From Eukaryota sp. GEM-RC1 (Eukaryota), in assembly GCA_040285855.1 (NCBI GenBank), contig JAUFOQ010000006.1, forward strand, positions 1,798,001 to 1,862,000: a stretch of 64,000 bases of DNA. Reading direction: 5' to 3'. The position numbers and the translations under genes are program-made. Of this stretch, positions 60,340 through 64,000 are shown one piece after another. Positions within the stretch are counted from its first letter, which is position 1; each line of letters begins with the position of its first letter. A model generated the notes under the pieces. The model had not been told where the DNA came from, made no database searches, and worked only from the letters and a program-made list of their open reading frames with translations.

Positions 60340-60392
60340 TTTTTTTGAAGTTCTGTTCCACACCAATTCTATAAACCAGAAGGGGCAAAAAT

Positions 60393-60548
60393 CAGACCTG
60401 TCAACGGCTTGAGCCATATGGGTTGGCTTGGAAAATTCCAACTGGCTTGGCTTTGGCTTGAATCATTTATGTAAGTCAAGCCAAATTGAATATGATTTGG
60501 CTCAAATCGATAAGCTTATAGCTTCAGCCGAGCCGTTTGACAGATCTA
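60393..60548. mobile_element. 156-bp hAT-type MITE
   Basis: TIRs CAGACCTGTCAACGGCT / TAGATCTGTCAAACGGCT; flanks GCAAAAAT / GCAAAAAA (7/8 TSD match); internal GGCTTG/AGCC repeats. Confidence 0.75.
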
Positions 60549-60688
60549 GCAAAAAAATACAATACATAATACCAAAATACAATACAAATACAATTCAGAA
60601 TACTGTATTAAGTTTATTTTTTATCTTTAAAATACAAGTGTTAAGCCATGTGTATTGAGTCCAACGACTGCAAACGTGATTGATCTTC
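60549..60688. repeat. AATACA-rich dispersed repeat, third copy
   Basis: Homologous to ~500-649, including the 39-bp perfect match. Confidence 0.7.
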
Positions 60689-60764
60689 GGGATTATCAAG
60701 GTTCACGTCTTCATTTTGCGTTCTTATGATGCTTGAAACAAATCTTATGTTACTGGTAGTAGGA

Positions 60765-60897
60765 TTTTAGATTCTTCGTTTAATCGGTTGACAGCTGAAA
60801 AACTCAAGTATTCCAAGTATGACTCTCAAGTAGAAGAATGAAATGGAAAATCATATTCAAAATTTGTGTTCCAACTTTTTGATGTCTCTCTTTTGGA
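60765..60897 (+). mobile_element. Internal family C RLE fragment
   Basis: Aligns to ~26385-26530 (SRILDSSFN...AEKLK..KY...FVFQ). Confidence 0.75.
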
Positions 60898-61079
60898 TAT
60901 ATATTGGGTTTCCATAAAGGTAACTTTCCTACAGGAGTATGAATTTGTAACTACAAACAAAAAGAATTAAGTTCGTTAGTCTCAGTTATTGACAATTTCA
61001 AGTTGGATATTTGGAACAGCTGTTTTTCCTTTTCATTTATCAAGTATTCCCGAAGAATCTCCATTATCGCTCCCTTTGT

Positions 61080-61295
61080 GGGTTGGAAATTAAATATGCG
61101 ATTACGTTCAGGTTTGTTTCCTGTAGAATTGCTGGACAATTATGAATGTGTTAGTAGTCATCGTCACACTGCAACTTTCAGACATGTAATTAATTGTCCC
61201 AAAATTATTCAATTTCGCGCAGTTCTCCATAATGCTGTCAGAGATGTTACATTTGAAATGTTTAAAGCTCATGGATTTCATGCCATAGTTGAACC
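61080..61295 (+). mobile_element. Zn-knuckle fragment of another RLE family (F), cut by the family B element
   Basis: WKLNMRLRSGLFP...FRHVINC...LHNAVRDVTFEMFKAHGFHAIVEP. Confidence 0.75.
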
Positions 61296-62430
61296 TTTAT
61301 TTAGTAAGTATAAATTAAAGTATATTATAAATGTAATAGATCAAACAACTAAAATTTGATGTCATTAAAACAACATCCGTCGCTATCAAACCTTAGAACA
61401 GCTTTGTCCTCATAAAAGGCACTCACTGCTAATAAAGCTTTGGAGATGATTAGGGGAACTGTTTTAAAAACAGTAAAAACGATCCGATTCAACCATAACG
61501 TATGATCAAAACGTCTGTTCATCCTATTTTTTACGATTTTTCCGAAATCGTTTAAAAAATTCAATGCACTTTTTCCTAAACGTCCGTAAACTGAAACGGC
61601 AAAAGGGCATAACTCGTACTCAACAAATTTTACATGTTTTAAAGCCATCAATGGTTTTATGTACTTATCATGTTTGGCCTGTTCAGAAATGTCTAAAGGA
61701 GAAGTTTCAGACGAAGCGTTCTTTAAAGATGTCTTTTTACAAACATCCACTGACACTACATCAACAACAAACAATTTGTTTGAAGAAGAAGGGACAACAA
61801 CATCTGCTCTCCGTTTACCAAAGAATTGGTTCTGTTTTTCGACATTACAATTATTACTTGGGTCTAAAGATCTTAGAAGTGGTTCAACAAATGACTCAAT
61901 TTTGTAAGACTTACACATAGCATGTATTTGATCTCTTACAGCATCATGCATACACGTTCGATAAGTTATGCAGCGATTACAACTTAACAGATGAGAAAAC
62001 GTTAATTGTTTTCCACAACTACATTGAAGATCATTTGGCAAATTATATGGCCATAAATAACAACGAAGTCTCATTGTAGTGGTCCATTGATGATCATTTA
62101 ATAACAAACCGTATACTTGTGGAATTTGATTAATTAATGCCACATCAGAACTCTCCTTTAAATCAATTAAAAACTTAGCGAAAGCTGGATTTTTTTCCTT
62201 AGCCGAGCTAAGACGGACTGTAAAATCTAAACTTTCAACATATTTTAATAAATGATTTTGTAGCTTTTTTAAAGCAAACTTTAAAGACAAAATGTTTCGA
62301 CATGGAATTTCTTTGATATCAACATGAAAGCAAGTTGACCATAGCTCAGGAGAAAGATTTCCTATTTCACCACGGAGGTGATTAAGATAAAAGCTGCTAG
62401 TACTTTCAAGAAATTTAGTAAGTTGGGTCT
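61296..62430 (-). mobile_element. Longest RLE retrotransposon fragment (family B): open frame of ~360 codons, no RT
   Basis: CSCG...HLLSC...HDAVRD...VEP...RRADVVV...VVDVVSVD...KHDKY...PFAVSVYGRLG (Zn knuckle plus PD-(D/E)XK-like endonuclease). 3' UTR ends AATAAA at 61296-61301. Confidence 0.9.
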
Positions 62431-62431
62431 T

Positions 62432-63808
62432 GATTTAATTAATAATTCTCGTTGAAGTGACTTACATGGTCCTTTTATTGATTCTAGTCAAATAAACGTT
62501 GATGCTACAACAGTAGATCCATGTGCTCAAACTTATGTTAATGGCTTAAATTCAAAAGGTTTCAATCACTCAGAAACAACTGAAAAACGTAAAATTGATT
62601 AGTATTCCAAAACTGTTGCCAAATTCAACAAAAATTTATATTTGTTCTATTTGCTATTTCTAATTTTGGTAGTATGGGATAAATGGCTTCTCAGTTTTTA
62701 ACTGATTTTGGGTCTATGTTTAAGTCTCAGAATAAAAGATTTAACTTATCAATTTGCCATAACCGTTTGATTTTTTCTTTATTCCTAAATTTATTAAATC
62801 AATTTTCACAAAGTTGTAGAATAACTGTGATACTGTGAGAGAACATGTTTATTCGGCACCCAATAAGGTAACCTTCCTACAAACTATGAAATTGTAAAAA
62901 CAAACAAATAATACTAAGATTAAATCCAAACGACTTCATCACCACCCGGTAAAAGATTACGTTTATCAACATTAACCTTCACACCAAACTTGTACAATTT
63001 GTCAATTAACCTAGAGAAATAGAAAGGCATATTCCGATATAAGGAAAACACTATACGCTTTTTCCATTCAGCCGCTCTAAACTTGCGCTTCTTTTCTTTA
63101 CACAATTCTTCGAAATCCTTGAAAAATTGATCACCAGCAGGACTAATAGATCCAAAAAGAGAAACAGTAAAAGGTTGAAACACAAATTTGGAATATGAGT
63201 TTCTATTTAATTCTTCTACTTGAGAGTTATACTTGGAGTGTTTGAGCTTTTCAGCTGCTGTTAATGGATTAAAAGAAGAATCTAATATCCTACTAACACA
63301 AGATTTGTTACATACATCTACTGTAGTAAAATCCATTAATGATTGACTCGATTTAAGCCTCTTTTTTGATCAGTAAATTCTTTTTCTGAAAGATGATTCA
63401 AAACTGGTTCAACTTTAAAGTGAAAACCATGTGCTTTAAACATGGAATAACAAAAATCACGTACACCATCATGAATTACTGCACGTAGATGAATAAAATA
63501 ACGACAATTAATTAAATGACGAAAAACACCATTAGCTCCACAAGAGCAAGTTGAATAGTTTAATAAATTTGCAGGCCAAAGAGTCAAACGAAGACGCATA
63601 TTGATCATTCAAGCTTCATCGGATAGATGTAATCCATACACCTTTGGAATTTGAGAAATAAATCCAGACGGTCCACTATTACAAAGATCGATTAAAAAAG
63701 CAGCAAACTCGGGAAATATATATATGATACTGTTGACCAGGAATTTTCGGTGTCTAGTGTTTCATAGTTGTTATTATGATATGTTCTTTTGTGCCCTCCA
63801 TCAATAAA
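62432..63808 (+). mobile_element. Family D RLE fragment (copy 2), split into 62432-62836 and 63725-63808 by a nested insertion
   Basis: SDLHGPFIDSSQINVDATTVDPC; both halves are colinear with the uninterrupted copy at 18284-18676; ends AATAAA at 63803-63808. Confidence 0.75.
62848..63714 (-). mobile_element. Family C RLE fragment (copy 2), nested in family D
   Basis: Nearly identical to ~25967-26832; flanked by duplicated TGATACTGT (62828-62836 and 63725-63733). Confidence 0.9.
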
Positions 63809-63844
63809 CTGTTTCATTGAACAAATAATATTTGGATTGATTTG

Positions 63845-64000
63845 TTCTATAGATGAAAAAGTTTCTAAAGACTGTACAAAGATCAGAAGCATTAGTTTAG
63901 AATGTCTGAATGGAAAAACCGTAATGTGTTTTCCACACATCTGAATATGTCTTTCTATTTCTCTTGATTAGTTGAGGAACTTTCCAAGTTTGACGTTAAG
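63845..64000 (+). mobile_element. Degraded family C RLE 3' fragment, running off the window end
   Basis: FRMSEWKNRNVFS...NMSFYFS.LVEELSKFDVK matches the C-terminus of ORF 26344-26760. Confidence 0.7.

Overview
Gene-dense eukaryotic nuclear DNA from a flagellated protist (inferred from CFAP57, SF-assemblin, TTLL and tubulin carboxypeptidase genes; taxon not determinable here), using the standard genetic code. It holds 21 protein-coding genes, one tRNA-Lys(UUU) and three 28-31 nt introns that all start GTTTG. The gene blocks are separated by islands of mobile-element debris: at least six divergent families of 5'-truncated, RT-less non-LTR retrotransposon 3' ends (Zn-knuckle plus restriction-like endonuclease, mostly ending at AATAAA, some nested), a 1.16-kb hAT deletion derivative with TIRs and an 8-bp TSD, two MITEs, and an inverted partial duplicate of a UBE2O-like gene. 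Twelve genes are split by about 24 single-base frameshifts, mostly at short homopolymers. These are probably long-read consensus errors, but recoding is not excluded.
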